From sequence record PQ308734.1: 46,827 nucleotides of DNA; one strand, given 5' to 3'. Position numbers and translations under genes: made by a program. This DNA comes from Klebsiella phage vB_Kp_Z1. Below are positions 1 to 8,883 of this stretch, piece after piece (position 1 is the stretch's first letter; the number at the start of each line of letters is the position of its first letter). A model generated the notes under the pieces. It was not told the origin of the DNA, made no database searches, and saw nothing but the letters and a program-made list of their open reading frames with translations.

Positions 1-127
1 CAGCTTCAGCTTTCCCCCATCGGGGGTGGCTGGCTGGCACCTCTTAGGCCGCAGGCAGTTAGAGGGGGTGGGTAGGCTGGCTAGGTAGCTGGCAGCAGCT
101 GGCTGTGGCTAGCGTAAGTCATTGATG
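1..127. repeat. Left direct terminal repeat (127 bp)
   Basis: Bases 1-127 are identical to 46701-46827, as expected for T7-type direct terminal repeats on a linear genome. The repeat itself contains a CTAGGTAGCT motif. Confidence 0.9.
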
Positions 128-620
128 TTGTATCAGCTCACGAGTACATGAGAGCGCTCTACGTGAATATTAGCTGGCTCAGGCTGGCTGTGGCTCACAG
201 AATGCTCCAGAGTGCGCTATACATATCAATGACTTACGCTAGACCGACTGGTCTACTAGTGGCTGGTCAGGCAGCTGCTGTGGGCTGGCTAGGTGGCTTA
301 CGGATAGCTGATTGTGAGCAGCCAGTGAGCCGCTGTGGGCTTCAGCTCCGCTGGGGCTACGGTTGGCTTGCCTGTGGCCTGAGTCGCTCTGTGAGCTGCT
401 GAGGGCTTTGGCTTGCTGTACTCATGAACTAGTACGCTGACAGTGGCTGATTGGCAAGCTGCTAGGTGGCTTGTACTAGCCAGCTAGTACGTTGTGTGCT
501 GCTGGGTGTATCTGTCTTTAGTCTCCTGTTACCAACTACCAGCTTGCAGTAACTCACTAGCAGCTTATTGGGTAGATCATAGGTAGCTTACAAGGCTCAC
601 AGCTTGCTGGTACTACTGAT
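128..620. repeat. Gene-free left-end block of GC-skewed short repeats (GGCTGG / TGGCTAG / GCTGGC series)
   Basis: Dense reiteration of GGCTGG, GCTGTGGCT and GGCTAGG units. The only ORF here (148-402) has repeat-driven composition and is judged spurious. Confidence 0.5.
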
Positions 621-626
621 GGCTTA

Positions 627-975
627 CTAGGTAGCTTACTATCACTGACTAGGTAGCTACTGTTAGTTCACTAGGTAGCTAGCTATGGCTGACTAGGTAG
701 TTACTAGGTGGATTGATGTAAGCTTACTCAAGCTCTCTTAGTGCATCATTCGATGCACAATATAAGAAGAAGAATAAGATACTACAATAAGAATAGAGTA
801 CGCCTTGCCAACAGCTCTCATCAGCTACTTGCAACAGCCTACTCAGCCTACGTATAACCACTAGGTAGCTGCTTGTAGCTATGGTCGGCTGACTAGGTAG
901 CTTTAGTCAGTCTAGTGCACTAGATTAAGCTAATGTGAGCTACATCACTAAAATAGTGTTGACTAGGTAGCTCAC
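627..975. repeat. Cluster of CTAGGTAG(C/T)T motifs (at least 8 copies), often as TGACTAGGTAG
   Basis: Copies start near 627, 648, 669, 691, 700, 860, 891 and 962. The same motif lies inside the DTR (81-96) and near the right end (46545, 46621). By position this is analogous to the SRL/SRR short-repeat arrays next to the T7 terminal repeats. Confidence 0.5.
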
Positions 976-987
976 TGTAGATATAGT
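959..987 (+). promoter_or_regulatory. Candidate host sigma70-type early promoter (TTGACT-17 nt-TATAGT)
   Basis: TTGACT at 959-964, a 17-nt spacer, then TATAGT at 982-987. It lies in the gene-free left end where T7-like phages carry their strong early host promoters. Confidence 0.4.
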
Positions 988-1605
988 TACTTACATCAAG
1001 ACGAAGCAGCGATGCAAAGTAGCTTGATGAGCAGTAAGCTTACAGAACGCTAATCAGCTCAAGTATGTAAGAGTAGTTAAGTGTAAGGACTCCGCTAGAT
1101 GAAACAGGCTAGGGTAGATTGGGTAAGGGTCTTTAAATCCTTCTCCATACATTACGATGATATGGGCTACACTGTGAACTACATCGCTCTTTAACAACAT
1201 GGATAGGAAGTTGAATAGAGCTGATGAAAGCTCTTGTGACCGCTCAAGCGGTTCTAATTAACCTAAGAAGCTCAGCTAGTGCGAGACACACCAGAAAGGT
1301 GCTGAGCAGCTTATTAAGGTGAGCTTGATAGACTAACCACAACCAATAGGTAGCTATCATGAATAGAGAAGTAATTGAGGGTACATTAGTACAATACAAA
1401 GATAATTATGGTTATCGTGTTTGGGGTAAGATTACTCAGCATTACACATCAGCCATGGGCTATGAATGTGTAGAGCTTACTAATGGCACTAGATTAAAAG
1501 TATCTGAGATACTTAAAGTTAAGTATCCATAACAAGGCTAGCCAGCAGCTTGCTGGCAGTCTATCAAGCTTACTTTCAACTGATATAACAACTGGAGATA
1601 CAAAG

Positions 1606-1863
1606 ATGCAAACAGTAACTACTAAATACCTGCCAGCTACTAACACCCGTGGAGCACGTATCAAGGTATCAAGCTGGTTAGGTAATAAAACCTTTAGCTA
1701 TGACTGTGCTGCTAACTGCGCTCACGAGGCAGCTTTTAATGAGTGGTTAGATGGTACTAACAAGGCAATGCACCTTCGGTATGGAGACAATCATGATGGC
1801 TTCAAACTAGTAGCTAAAGGCAGCTTGCCGGATGGTAAGGGTTATGGGTTTATCGTGAAGTAG
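1606..1863 (+). CDS. Early hypothetical protein (85 aa)
   Basis: First clear ORF after the left-end noncoding region. A GGAGA Shine-Dalgarno precedes the ATG. Confidence 0.5.
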   Translation: MQTVTTKYLPATNTRGARIKVSSWLGNKTFSYDCAANCAHEAAFNEWLDGTNKAMHLRYGDNHDGFKLVAKGSLPDGKGYGFIVK

Positions 1864-2043
1864 CAAACTAGCAGCCATTAGCTAATAGTGGCTGCAATGA
1901 TTGTTACTAACTAACGGAGTTTAATATGAAGTCACTACTGGTAAAGCTTACAAGGTATTAAAAGGTTGGTTGTTTTGGGCCGGAGTGATAGTAGTCATCA
2001 CTATCTTGCATACAGGTCTCTTACTATTAGTGAGGGTGGGCTA

Positions 2044-2163
2044 ATGTCATTACTAGTACAAGCTTACGAGGTGTTTATAGGTTGGTTGTTTGCTATCTCA
2101 ATAATGGCAGTCATCATAGGCTTGCCAATATTTTTCATAGTACTTGCGGAGTGGTTATCATGA
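2044..2163 (+). CDS. Small hydrophobic early protein (about 39 aa from an internal ATG; the ORF track gives 1966-2163)
   Basis: One predicted transmembrane segment (FIGWLFAISIMAVIIGLPIFFIVLA). GAGGGTGGG lies upstream of the ATG at 2044. Confidence 0.3.
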   Translation: MSLLVQAYEVFIGWLFAISIMAVIIGLPIFFIVLAEWLS

Positions 2164-2191
2164 CTTACTTATAGCAGCTTGCGGGTGGCTG

Positions 2192-2554
2192 ATGTTTATC
2201 TATAAAGTACGCCGTGACTTTAAGAAAGCCCATGAGCGATACAACATAGTTAAGCGTGGCAATAATTGGGTTGTGAGAGATAGTAAAGGACGCTTTGTTA
2301 CTATCACAGATAACTATTGGAACATCTGCAAACTAGGGCTTAACATGAACTACGATGAGATTATCAAAGAGTGTGAGCGGGTTATGGAAAGGGCTAATGA
2401 GACTACTAGTGCTAACGTAGAGGTTAGCTCAGCCCTGTGGTGGAATGCTTACAATCGCTATGTAGCAGCACTCAGGGCTAGGGAGCAAGCTAAACGTATT
2501 CACTACACCAACTGCGGCTCAGTAGACTTGAGGATAGAAACATGCCTCAACTAA
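2192..2554 (+). CDS. Early hypothetical protein (about 120 aa; the ORF track starts at TTG 2144)
   Basis: Long + strand ORF in the early region. The in-frame ATG at 2192 is preceded by a GGGTGG SD-like sequence. Confidence 0.45.
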   Translation: MFIYKVRRDFKKAHERYNIVKRGNNWVVRDSKGRFVTITDNYWNICKLGLNMNYDEIIKECERVMERANETTSANVEVSSALWWNAYNRYVAALRAREQAKRIHYTNCGSVDLRIETCLN

Positions 2555-2677
2555 TCTACTTGAGCCAGATTGCAGCAGCAGAAAGTAAACTTGCTATAGC
2601 TAACTTCTTAGGTGATAAGAAGATGAGAGGTGAAGCTATTCAGGCCATCAATAAAGCTAAACTGGAGTATAGGAATT

Positions 2678-2848
2678 ATGTCAAAAGATAGTAAGTCAGA
2701 TGGGGCTATATATGCCAGCACCAAGCCCAACTGGACAGTTGAAGAATGGCGGGAATTTAACAGACTCTCTAGGGAAATGGAGCGAGAGTTAGCTAAAGCT
2801 GCTAGTGCGGGCTTGTTCCTGACAGCAGCAGACTTGCGTGAGGAGTGA
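2678..2848 (+). CDS. Small early hypothetical protein (56 aa)
   Basis: ATG at 2678 within the 2630-2848 ORF, with AGGAAT upstream. Confidence 0.3.
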   Translation: MSKDSKSDGAIYASTKPNWTVEEWREFNRLSREMERELAKAASAGLFLTAADLREE

Positions 2849-2918
2849 GAGACTAAAGGCAGCTTGCGAGTTGCCTTTGTGACTATCATTCGATAGCCGT
2901 TAATTTGAGGCAATTACT

Positions 2919-3776
2919 ATGCAAAACATCAATGAGTCACTTCTTACTGAGCTGGAATGCTTAGAGAGTGAGATTAAGGCAACTATAGCTGACGCTGGCA
3001 AGGCAACATTCCACTTAGGTGAATTACTACTGAAAGCTAAGGACGCTCACGAAAGCACACCAGAATTTCTGAAGTGGGTAGATGAGAAGTTCGGCATTAA
3101 GAAAGCTTGGGCTTATCGCTTGATGAAAGTGGCTAGTGTATTCCAAGAGGATGTATGGAAAGCAACTGCTGTTGAGGTGCTGTACACCCTGCAATCTCAA
3201 GCCACTGACAGCCAGCTTGAGCAAGCCAGAGAGCTGGCTGAGGCTGGCAAGCTGAACCGTAAGACGCTATCTGAGCTGCTGGAGCCTGTAGCGCCACCAG
3301 TTAAGCAAGCTGAGCATCCAGAGCCACAGAGCAGCCAGAAGCTACTGCAACAAGCTGCTGAAAGCCTTATAGCAAGCGCTGCTGAGCCACAAGAGGCGGC
3401 TCCCATCTTACCAACATCTTATAGGGCCGTACCTGACCAACCGCAGGAGGATAAAGAAGACTTAATGGAGCTTGTAAGAGATTTACGTGAGCAGCTGGCA
3501 TTGCAGCAGCAGCAGAATGCGGAGCTAATGAATCAAATCATGGAAGCTAACAAGCCACGAATAGCGGCTAGTAACGCTCCTATGCTGCCACAGTTCACAA
3601 GTGCTTGCATGTACGCCCGCTTGGGGCTAGCTGCTGAGGATGCAACAGATAAGGCTAAGATTCTGGAAGCATTCAAGAGCCTTTGTAAAGCTGGTTATGG
3701 TCGCCAGCATGAGGCGTACAGCTTGCTTGATGAGGCCCGCCATAAGCTCATTCACGCTATGGAGGCCGCAGCATGA
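2919..3776 (+). CDS. Early protein (285 aa), Q/A/E-rich with a predicted coiled-coil middle; function unknown
   Basis: Largest early ORF, immediately upstream of the RNAP gene. GAGG precedes the ATG. I recognise no family. Confidence 0.6.
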   Translation: MQNINESLLTELECLESEIKATIADAGKATFHLGELLLKAKDAHESTPEFLKWVDEKFGIKKAWAYRLMKVASVFQEDVWKATAVEVLYTLQSQATDSQLEQARELAEAGKLNRKTLSELLEPVAPPVKQAEHPEPQSSQKLLQQAAESLIASAAEPQEAAPILPTSYRAVPDQPQEDKEDLMELVRDLREQLALQQQQNAELMNQIMEANKPRIAASNAPMLPQFTSACMYARLGLAAEDATDKAKILEAFKSLCKAGYGRQHEAYSLLDEARHKLIHAMEAAA

Positions 3777-3843
3777 AACTTCAGGCTTAAGTAACTACTG
3801 ACGGCTAGCGATAGCCGCTATCAACTCTTTATAAGGAAATCAG

Positions 3844-6477
3844 ATGTACACTAGCGATGAGCTTTACCAGAAACAACTTGAGCTAGAAGGGGAAATGCAC
3901 GGCTATGGTGTCATTCGCTTTGACCGTAACAACCAGCGTGCAATTGACAGCGGTACACCTTCAGACACTGACTGGAACCGCCGCTTACTTTCTAACTTCA
4001 TTGAACCTATGGTGAAGGGTATCAATGCCTATAAGGAGTACTACAAAACTAAAGCTGGACGGCCTACGGTGGCTTTAAAGTACATTCGTCAGGTGCAGCC
4101 AGAGCAAGCAGCTTACATTGCCATTAAGAATATCCTTGATGTGCTGGGGAGTACCACATTTGATGCTAACTGGCTTGTTACCACTATTGGGCGTCGTATA
4201 GAGGATCAAGTGAGATTCACTAAGCTTGAGGAGGCTGCCCCTAAGTATGTTGGCAAGGTTAAGGATAGCTTAGCTAAGCGTAATTCACTACAGTATGCAC
4301 ACCAGCATAAAGTGCTGGTAGCTACTGAGAAGAAACTAGTTGAGAATCCAGAACGTGCGCAGCTTGAGTTACCACGCTGGCAAGAATGGGCGGAGGAGGA
4401 TTGCAAGCACGTTGGTAGCTTGCTGGTCAATATCTTTGAGCAGTGCATTTTGTTTGAAGGTGAGCCAGTAATCCGTAAGGAGGTGCAGACAGTTCGCAAA
4501 GGTACATTGGTTTTCATCAAGCCCACTGAGAAAGTTACCAAGTGGATTCATGAGTTCAGAGAGGCTATTGGTGGGCTTGCTCCGGCTTATGCACCTTGCG
4601 TAGTTCCTCCACTTGATTGGACTTCCCCATTTACTGGCGGGTTCCATACGGAAGCTGTTAGCAGCACTCTGCATCTTGCTAAGGTTCGCAATAAGCGCCA
4701 CTTGCGTAAGCTGACTAAAGAGCAGATGCCAGCAGTTTATAAGGCTGTAAACAATTTGCAGAAAGTACGCTGGCGTATCTCTGAGCGTGTGCTTGCAACT
4801 GCTAACACGCTTGTAGAGCTGGGCTTGCCTTATGCGCTCCCTTCTAAGGATGAAAGTGATTGGAAAGAGAAGAATCCATGCCCTGTGCCTGAGTATCTGC
4901 AAGACCTGCGAGGCGAGCAGCTAAAAGCGGCGCTTACTGCCAGTCAGTGGGAAGCGTTTCAGGAGTGGAAACAGTTGGCACGTCAGAACTACGATGAGGA
5001 GAGTGAGCGCGTAGCAAGCTTTAGGGAAGTTGTACGTACCTTAGGGCAAGCTAACCGCTACGTTGGATTTGATGCAATCTACTTTGTGTACACGCTGGAC
5101 TTTCGCGGACGTGTCTACTGCCAGAGTAGCCTTGTAAGCCCACAGGGTGGCGACTTGCAGAAAGCTCTCATCAAGTTTGCTGATGGAATGAAGCTGGGCG
5201 AGCGTGGTGAATACTGGTTTAAGGTGCATGGTGCTAACGAGTGGGGGTGGGATAAAAAGGAGTTTGACGAGCGCGTAGCCCTTGTAAGTGAGCCTGAATT
5301 CTGCGAGATGTGCCTAGACATTGCAAGTGACCCTGTGACCTTCAATGACTGGATTAAAGCTGATAAGCCGTGGCAGTTCCTCAACTGGTGCTTTGAGTAT
5401 GCTGACTTTCTGAAGCATGTGCAATCAGGCGGCAACCCACAGGACTTTGTAAGTTACATCCCGTGTGCGATGGATGGTTCTTGCTCTGGTATTCAACATT
5501 ATAGTGCCATGCTGCGTGATACAGTTGGTGGTGCTGCTGTTAACTTGGTTAACTCTGACAAGCCTAATGACATCTACGGTGAAGTGTGCAAGGTGGCTAT
5601 TAAGGAGCTGCAAGCAATTGCTGACGGCTCACAAGTATATGATGGCAAGATTGACCCTGTACTAGCACAACAGCTGGCTCAGGAGTGGCTACGTCTGCAA
5701 CCAAATCGCAGCCTGACCAAAAAGCCTGTTATGACCCTGCCGTATGGCAGCACTCAGTTGACTTGCCGCGAGCATGTTAGCCAGTGGCTGAAGGACTTGC
5801 AGAAGGAGGAGAATAAACGAGCTAAGGCAGAGTTTAGGGAGCCCATGAAAGTACACGCTTTCGGTGATGCAGATAGTGCGATGCCGCTCAAGTTTGCTGA
5901 GTCTCTCATGACTAGCATTGTTTGGCACTCTATCGGCAAAGTCGTAGTAGCTGCAAGAGCTGGTATGGCTTACATCAAAGCAGTAACAAGTTCAGTGGCT
6001 AAGATGAATATGCCGCTTGAGTGGACTACACCTACAGGCTTTATTGTCCGTCAGGAGATTTACCAGTTCACAACACGTCAGGTGAACACTCAGCTGCTGG
6101 GTGGGACTAAGTTTGTGGTTAGCACTAAGAGTAAGGATATTGATTATCATCGTATGATTAACTCCTGTGCGCCTAACTTTGTTCACTCAATGGATGCGAG
6201 CCACCTTACACTGGCAACTAACTACTTTGCAGATGCAGGTATTAGCAGCATCGCAGTAATTCATGACAGCTTTGGCACACATGCAGGAGCTACTGACCTG
6301 CTGCGTGAGCGCCTGCGAGCTTCAATGGTGGATATGTACGAACAGCATGATGTTATCACTAACTTCCTTGCTGAAACTGAGGGCAGACTTATGACAGCTT
6401 TTGAGCACATTCGTGTGCCTGAGCGCGGTGAGCTGCAACTTGATAGCATTAATCAAAGTACGTATGCTTTTGCGTGA
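3844..6477 (+). CDS. Single-subunit DNA-directed RNA polymerase (T7/SP6-like, 877 aa)
   Basis: Length and motifs match T7-family RNAPs: DFRGRVYC (motif A region), RSLTKKPVMTLPYGS (motif B), and HDSFGT (motif C with the catalytic Asp). AGGAAATCAG lies upstream of the ATG. Confidence 0.97.
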   Translation: MYTSDELYQKQLELEGEMHGYGVIRFDRNNQRAIDSGTPSDTDWNRRLLSNFIEPMVKGINAYKEYYKTKAGRPTVALKYIRQVQPEQAAYIAIKNILDVLGSTTFDANWLVTTIGRRIEDQVRFTKLEEAAPKYVGKVKDSLAKRNSLQYAHQHKVLVATEKKLVENPERAQLELPRWQEWAEEDCKHVGSLLVNIFEQCILFEGEPVIRKEVQTVRKGTLVFIKPTEKVTKWIHEFREAIGGLAPAYAPCVVPPLDWTSPFTGGFHTEAVSSTLHLAKVRNKRHLRKLTKEQMPAVYKAVNNLQKVRWRISERVLATANTLVELGLPYALPSKDESDWKEKNPCPVPEYLQDLRGEQLKAALTASQWEAFQEWKQLARQNYDEESERVASFREVVRTLGQANRYVGFDAIYFVYTLDFRGRVYCQSSLVSPQGGDLQKALIKFADGMKLGERGEYWFKVHGANEWGWDKKEFDERVALVSEPEFCEMCLDIASDPVTFNDWIKADKPWQFLNWCFEYADFLKHVQSGGNPQDFVSYIPCAMDGSCSGIQHYSAMLRDTVGGAAVNLVNSDKPNDIYGEVCKVAIKELQAIADGSQVYDGKIDPVLAQQLAQEWLRLQPNRSLTKKPVMTLPYGSTQLTCREHVSQWLKDLQKEENKRAKAEFREPMKVHAFGDADSAMPLKFAESLMTSIVWHSIGKVVVAARAGMAYIKAVTSSVAKMNMPLEWTTPTGFIVRQEIYQFTTRQVNTQLLGGTKFVVSTKSKDIDYHRMINSCAPNFVHSMDASHLTLATNYFADAGISSIAVIHDSFGTHAGATDLLRERLRASMVDMYEQHDVITNFLAETEGRLMTAFEHIRVPERGELQLDSINQSTYAFA

Positions 6478-6486
6478 GGTAATAAG

Positions 6487-6690
6487 ATGGAAAGTTTAAC
6501 TAAAGGGCAGACCGTGTGGATTCACAGCTACACAGTAGGCCATGGTAACAACATAAAGCTTAAACAGAGTGTACACACAGATAAAGAAAAGGTCTTGGAA
6601 GCGTGGCGCTTGCTGGGTGGTTGGTTTAATGAGGCTATAATTGTGGGAGCAGGTAACAATGAAACTTGTACTAATCCTAGGGCTTGCTGA
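6487..6690 (+). CDS. Small hypothetical protein (67 aa)
   Basis: ORF directly after the RNAP stop, with GAGG upstream. Confidence 0.35.
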   Translation: MESLTKGQTVWIHSYTVGHGNNIKLKQSVHTDKEKVLEAWRLLGGWFNEAIIVGAGNNETCTNPRAC

Positions 6691-6871
6691 TGGTCGTGTA
6701 ATTGAGTGGCCTGATGATGCTGCACCTAAGTTTGTTAAGCCACCTGTCAACCGTGAAGGTGTTACGCAAACTTATAGCCTTGTAGGTTTCGTAGGCAATG
6801 AGGCTTACTATCTCCCTGAGTACACTACAGCAGCTCAGGCAATCAAACTGCTAGCAGAAAGGGCAAGCTAA
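6659..6871 (+). CDS. Small hypothetical protein (70 aa from ATG 6659)
   Basis: The ORF track gives 6641-6871. The ATG at 6659 is preceded by GGGAGCAGG. Confidence 0.4.
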   Translation: MKLVLILGLADGRVIEWPDDAAPKFVKPPVNREGVTQTYSLVGFVGNEAYYLPEYTTAAQAIKLLAERAS

Positions 6872-6882
6872 CAACAATTACA

Positions 6883-6915
6883 GGCAGCTACTTAAGTGGC
6901 TGCCTTTTCTTTTTA
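6883..6915 (+). terminator. Rho-independent terminator after the RNAP gene block (counterpart of the T7 early terminator TE)
   Basis: GGCAGC-(10-nt loop)-GCTGCC hairpin at 6883-6903, followed by TTTTCTTTTTAT. Confidence 0.6.
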
Positions 6916-6956
6916 TCTGGCTTGTACTAGTTTGATAGTACAGGATTATTGATAAT

Positions 6957-7106
6957 AATTCTCATTAACTCATTAGCTCAGTCTAGTACACTAGACTAGA
7001 CTAGAGCGTAACACCTAACTAGTACAATTTTAGTTGAGAATTATTCTCATTAATCCTCAGTCTAGTATACTAGACTAGACCGGAGCGTACTAGTTGGCTA
7101 GTACAA
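6957..7106. repeat. Two tandem copies of a ~70-bp unit, each containing a GTCTAGTACACTAGAC-type palindrome
   Basis: Copy 1 is 6957-7027 and copy 2 is 7038-7106. The aligned unit is AATT(A)TTCTCATTAA..CAGTCTAGTAyACTAGACTAGAC..AGCG..CTAGTACAA. Confidence 0.6.
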
Positions 7107-7179
7107 CAGGCGTTCCTACGTGAAATCTGAGAAAGTTTGCGGGCAATTGTCCGTCAGAATTTAAAATTTTCTGAAAATA

Positions 7180-7202
7180 ATCAGGCGCTACAATAGGGGG
7201 AG
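7180..7202 (+). promoter_or_regulatory. Phage-RNAP promoter-like 23-mer (divergent copy) inside the origin-like region
   Basis: AGGCGCTACAATAGGGGGAG matches the core CTACAATAGG of the consensus ATTAGGCACTACAATAGGAGAAG. Confidence 0.45.
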
Positions 7203-7206
7203 CCCA

Positions 7207-7253
7207 GTAAGCTATAATAGTAAGCTATAGTAAGCTATAGTAAGCCCTGTAAG
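7207..7253. repeat. Tandem AGTAAGCTAT iterons (3 full copies plus partials)
   Basis: GTAAGCTATAATAGTAAGCTATAGTAAGCTATAGTAAGCC, followed by an AT-rich palindrome TCTCTCTTTATAGAGAGA at 7266-7284. A related TAGTAAGCTAT motif recurs at 39320-39340. Confidence 0.5.
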
Positions 7254-7306
7254 TTTCTCCTTATTCTCTCTCTTTATAGAGAGAATATAATATAGTAAGC
7301 CTTATT

Positions 7307-7346
7307 AGCCCTCTTGAGTGTAGTAGCTCAGGAGGGCTTTATTTTG
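7307..7346 (+). terminator. Rho-independent terminator
   Basis: AGCCCTCTTGAG-(8-nt loop)-CTCAGGAGGGCT hairpin, then TTTATTTTG. Confidence 0.55.
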
Positions 7347-7361
7347 TCTAGTACACTAGAC
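7346..7361. promoter_or_regulatory. GTCTAGTACACTAGAC palindrome (type A member of the CTAGTAC hairpin family)
   Basis: 7-bp arms GTCTAGT / ACTAGAC around a central AC. Other copies lie at 911-924, 6981-6996, 7060-7075, 14802-14817 and 43219-43234, with a related element at 10965-10978. Confidence 0.5.
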
Positions 7362-7367
7362 TGGAGA

Positions 7368-7390
7368 CTTAGGCACTCCAATAGATAACT
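7368..7390 (+). promoter_or_regulatory. Variant phage-promoter-like sequence (CTTAGGCACTCCAATAGATAACT)
   Basis: 17 of 23 positions match the consensus. Key core positions deviate (ACTAC becomes ACTCC, and AGG becomes AGA), so it may be weak or non-functional. Confidence 0.3.
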
Positions 7391-7407
7391 AATCAACGGA
7401 GCAGTTT

Positions 7408-7557
7408 ATGCAAACTAGTATTAAGCCAGAGAAGATGAAATCTAAGAAACTACGTAAGCTGAATGAGAAGGAGCAAGAGGAGCTTGCAATCCGTCAGCAT
7501 AAGGGCAAGCACCATAAGACCCAGCGTGGCAAGCGCCCTGAGTGGGAGGCTTACTAA
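7408..7557 (+). CDS. Small basic protein (49 aa)
   Basis: ATG 7408 follows AACGGAGCAG. The ORF is K/R-rich and its stop overlaps the next start (TAATG). Confidence 0.4.
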   Translation: MQTSIKPEKMKSKKLRKLNEKEQEELAIRQHKGKHHKTQRGKRPEWEAY

Positions 7558-7700
7558 TGAGGTACGTTATTAAGCAGCAACCTGATGGTCTTTGGTATGT
7601 AAAGGATGAGTATCGTAATAAGGTACTAGTATGGGATGCAAGCAGGGAATACTGTGAAGGCTTCTTAGCAGGTGTTGCAGCTGTTGGAGGTGATTGCTAA
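7557..7700 (+). CDS. Small hypothetical protein (47 aa)
   Basis: Translationally coupled ORF between 7408-7557 and the primase start. Confidence 0.4.
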   Translation: MRYVIKQQPDGLWYVKDEYRNKVLVWDASREYCEGFLAGVAAVGGDC

Positions 7701-8883
7701 TGGCTATTGTTATGAACCTACCTTGCCCTGCCTGCCAGAAGAATGGCGCAGACAAGAATGGTAAGTACCTTATGGTGTTTGAGGATGGCGGTAAGCTATG
7801 TATCCATACTCACAACCACGATAACCGTGAGCGCTACTATGAGCCACCTGATGGCAAAGACCCTGTGTTTGACCGTGAGATTGATGGTAAGGTTCAGTAT
7901 TCTCCTGAGCAGTTCCGCAAGCTGGAATCAGATGGCAAGCTGAGTGATTCTTTTACCCGTCATCTTGCTATGTCTGGCATGAGGATGAAAGACCGCTATG
8001 AGATTCTCACTGATGATGAGCGCACAGCTCTGGAGAATGAGTGGCGCATGGACATGGAGTGGTTTGAAGGGCTTTCCTTTAAGTCACTAGCTGACCGTGG
8101 CATACATGGGCTAATCGCCAAGCTATATAATGTGCGAGTAGGTCATGATGAGTCTGGTAAAGTTGTCCGTCATTACTACCCAACTTATGACAGCCAGCTA
8201 AACCTGATTGGCGCTAAGTGTCGAACGTTGCCTAAGGAATTTATGTTCGGGCATCTTGGTCGTCGCTTTGGTGACACTGCACTGTTTGGTATCCACACCC
8301 AGCAAGCTGTACTTGATAGCGGTACTTTCAAGAAAGGTAAGATGGGTAAGCTGCTGGTAGTTGGCGGTGAGTGTGATGCTATGGCAGCTCAGCAGATGCT
8401 GGTTAAGAGTCTTAATAAGCTTGAGCAGTTCAATGGCCTGAAGTCACTTGATGGCTTGCGCCTGGCTCATGTGTGGTCGCCAACTAAAGGGGAGACAGCG
8501 CTAGAGGAGATTGTAGCTAACCGTGAATACCTCAATCAGTTTGAGGAGATTGTATGGGGCTTTGATAACGACGATGTAGGCAACAAGCTTAACCTAGACT
8601 GCTCCCGCTTGTTCAGGCAGAAGTCTAAGTTCTTTAACTACCCAGCTGGATGCAAGGATGCTAATGATTGCTTGCTTAAAGGCAGGGAGAAGGAGTTCAT
8701 GGATTCGTGGTGGCAACCAGCAGAGGCTAGAGTTAAGGGCAAGCTGAGGGAAGCTGGTCACTACGCTAAGCGAGCTAAGCAAGCTGTAGAGATGGGCTTG
8801 TCATACTTCTGTGAAGCTCTCAACATGATTACCTTTGGTATTCGCCTGCGTTACTTGTCTGTGTGGGGTGCTGGTACTGGCGT
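7700..8883 (+). CDS. Primase-helicase, exon 1 (zinc-ribbon plus TOPRIM primase domain, reading into the first half of the helicase Walker A)
   Basis: CPACQ..C.H.H zinc-ribbon motif, then TOPRIM-like GGECDAMAA and FDNDDVGN. The reading frame stops right after SVWGAGTGV, which is half of a P-loop. ATG 7700 lies inside the track ORF 7694-8893. Confidence 0.8.

Noticed and set aside
148-402. 84-aa ORF in the left-end region
   Set aside because: It lies entirely within the GGCTGG / GCTGTGGCT repeat block. Its amino-acid composition is repeat-driven, there is no SD, and T7-like phages have no genes this close to the terminal repeat.
1331-1353. TAACCACAACCAATAGGTAGC as an additional phage promoter
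   Set aside because: It shares only the CAATAGG core and lacks the upstream TTAGGCACTA half, which is probably insufficient for promoter function. It is noted but not called.
7207-7253. AGTAAGCTAT tandem repeats as a CRISPR array
   Set aside because: The units are only 10 bp with no spacers, there are just 3-4 copies, and there are no cas genes. It is an iteron or origin-type repeat, not CRISPR.
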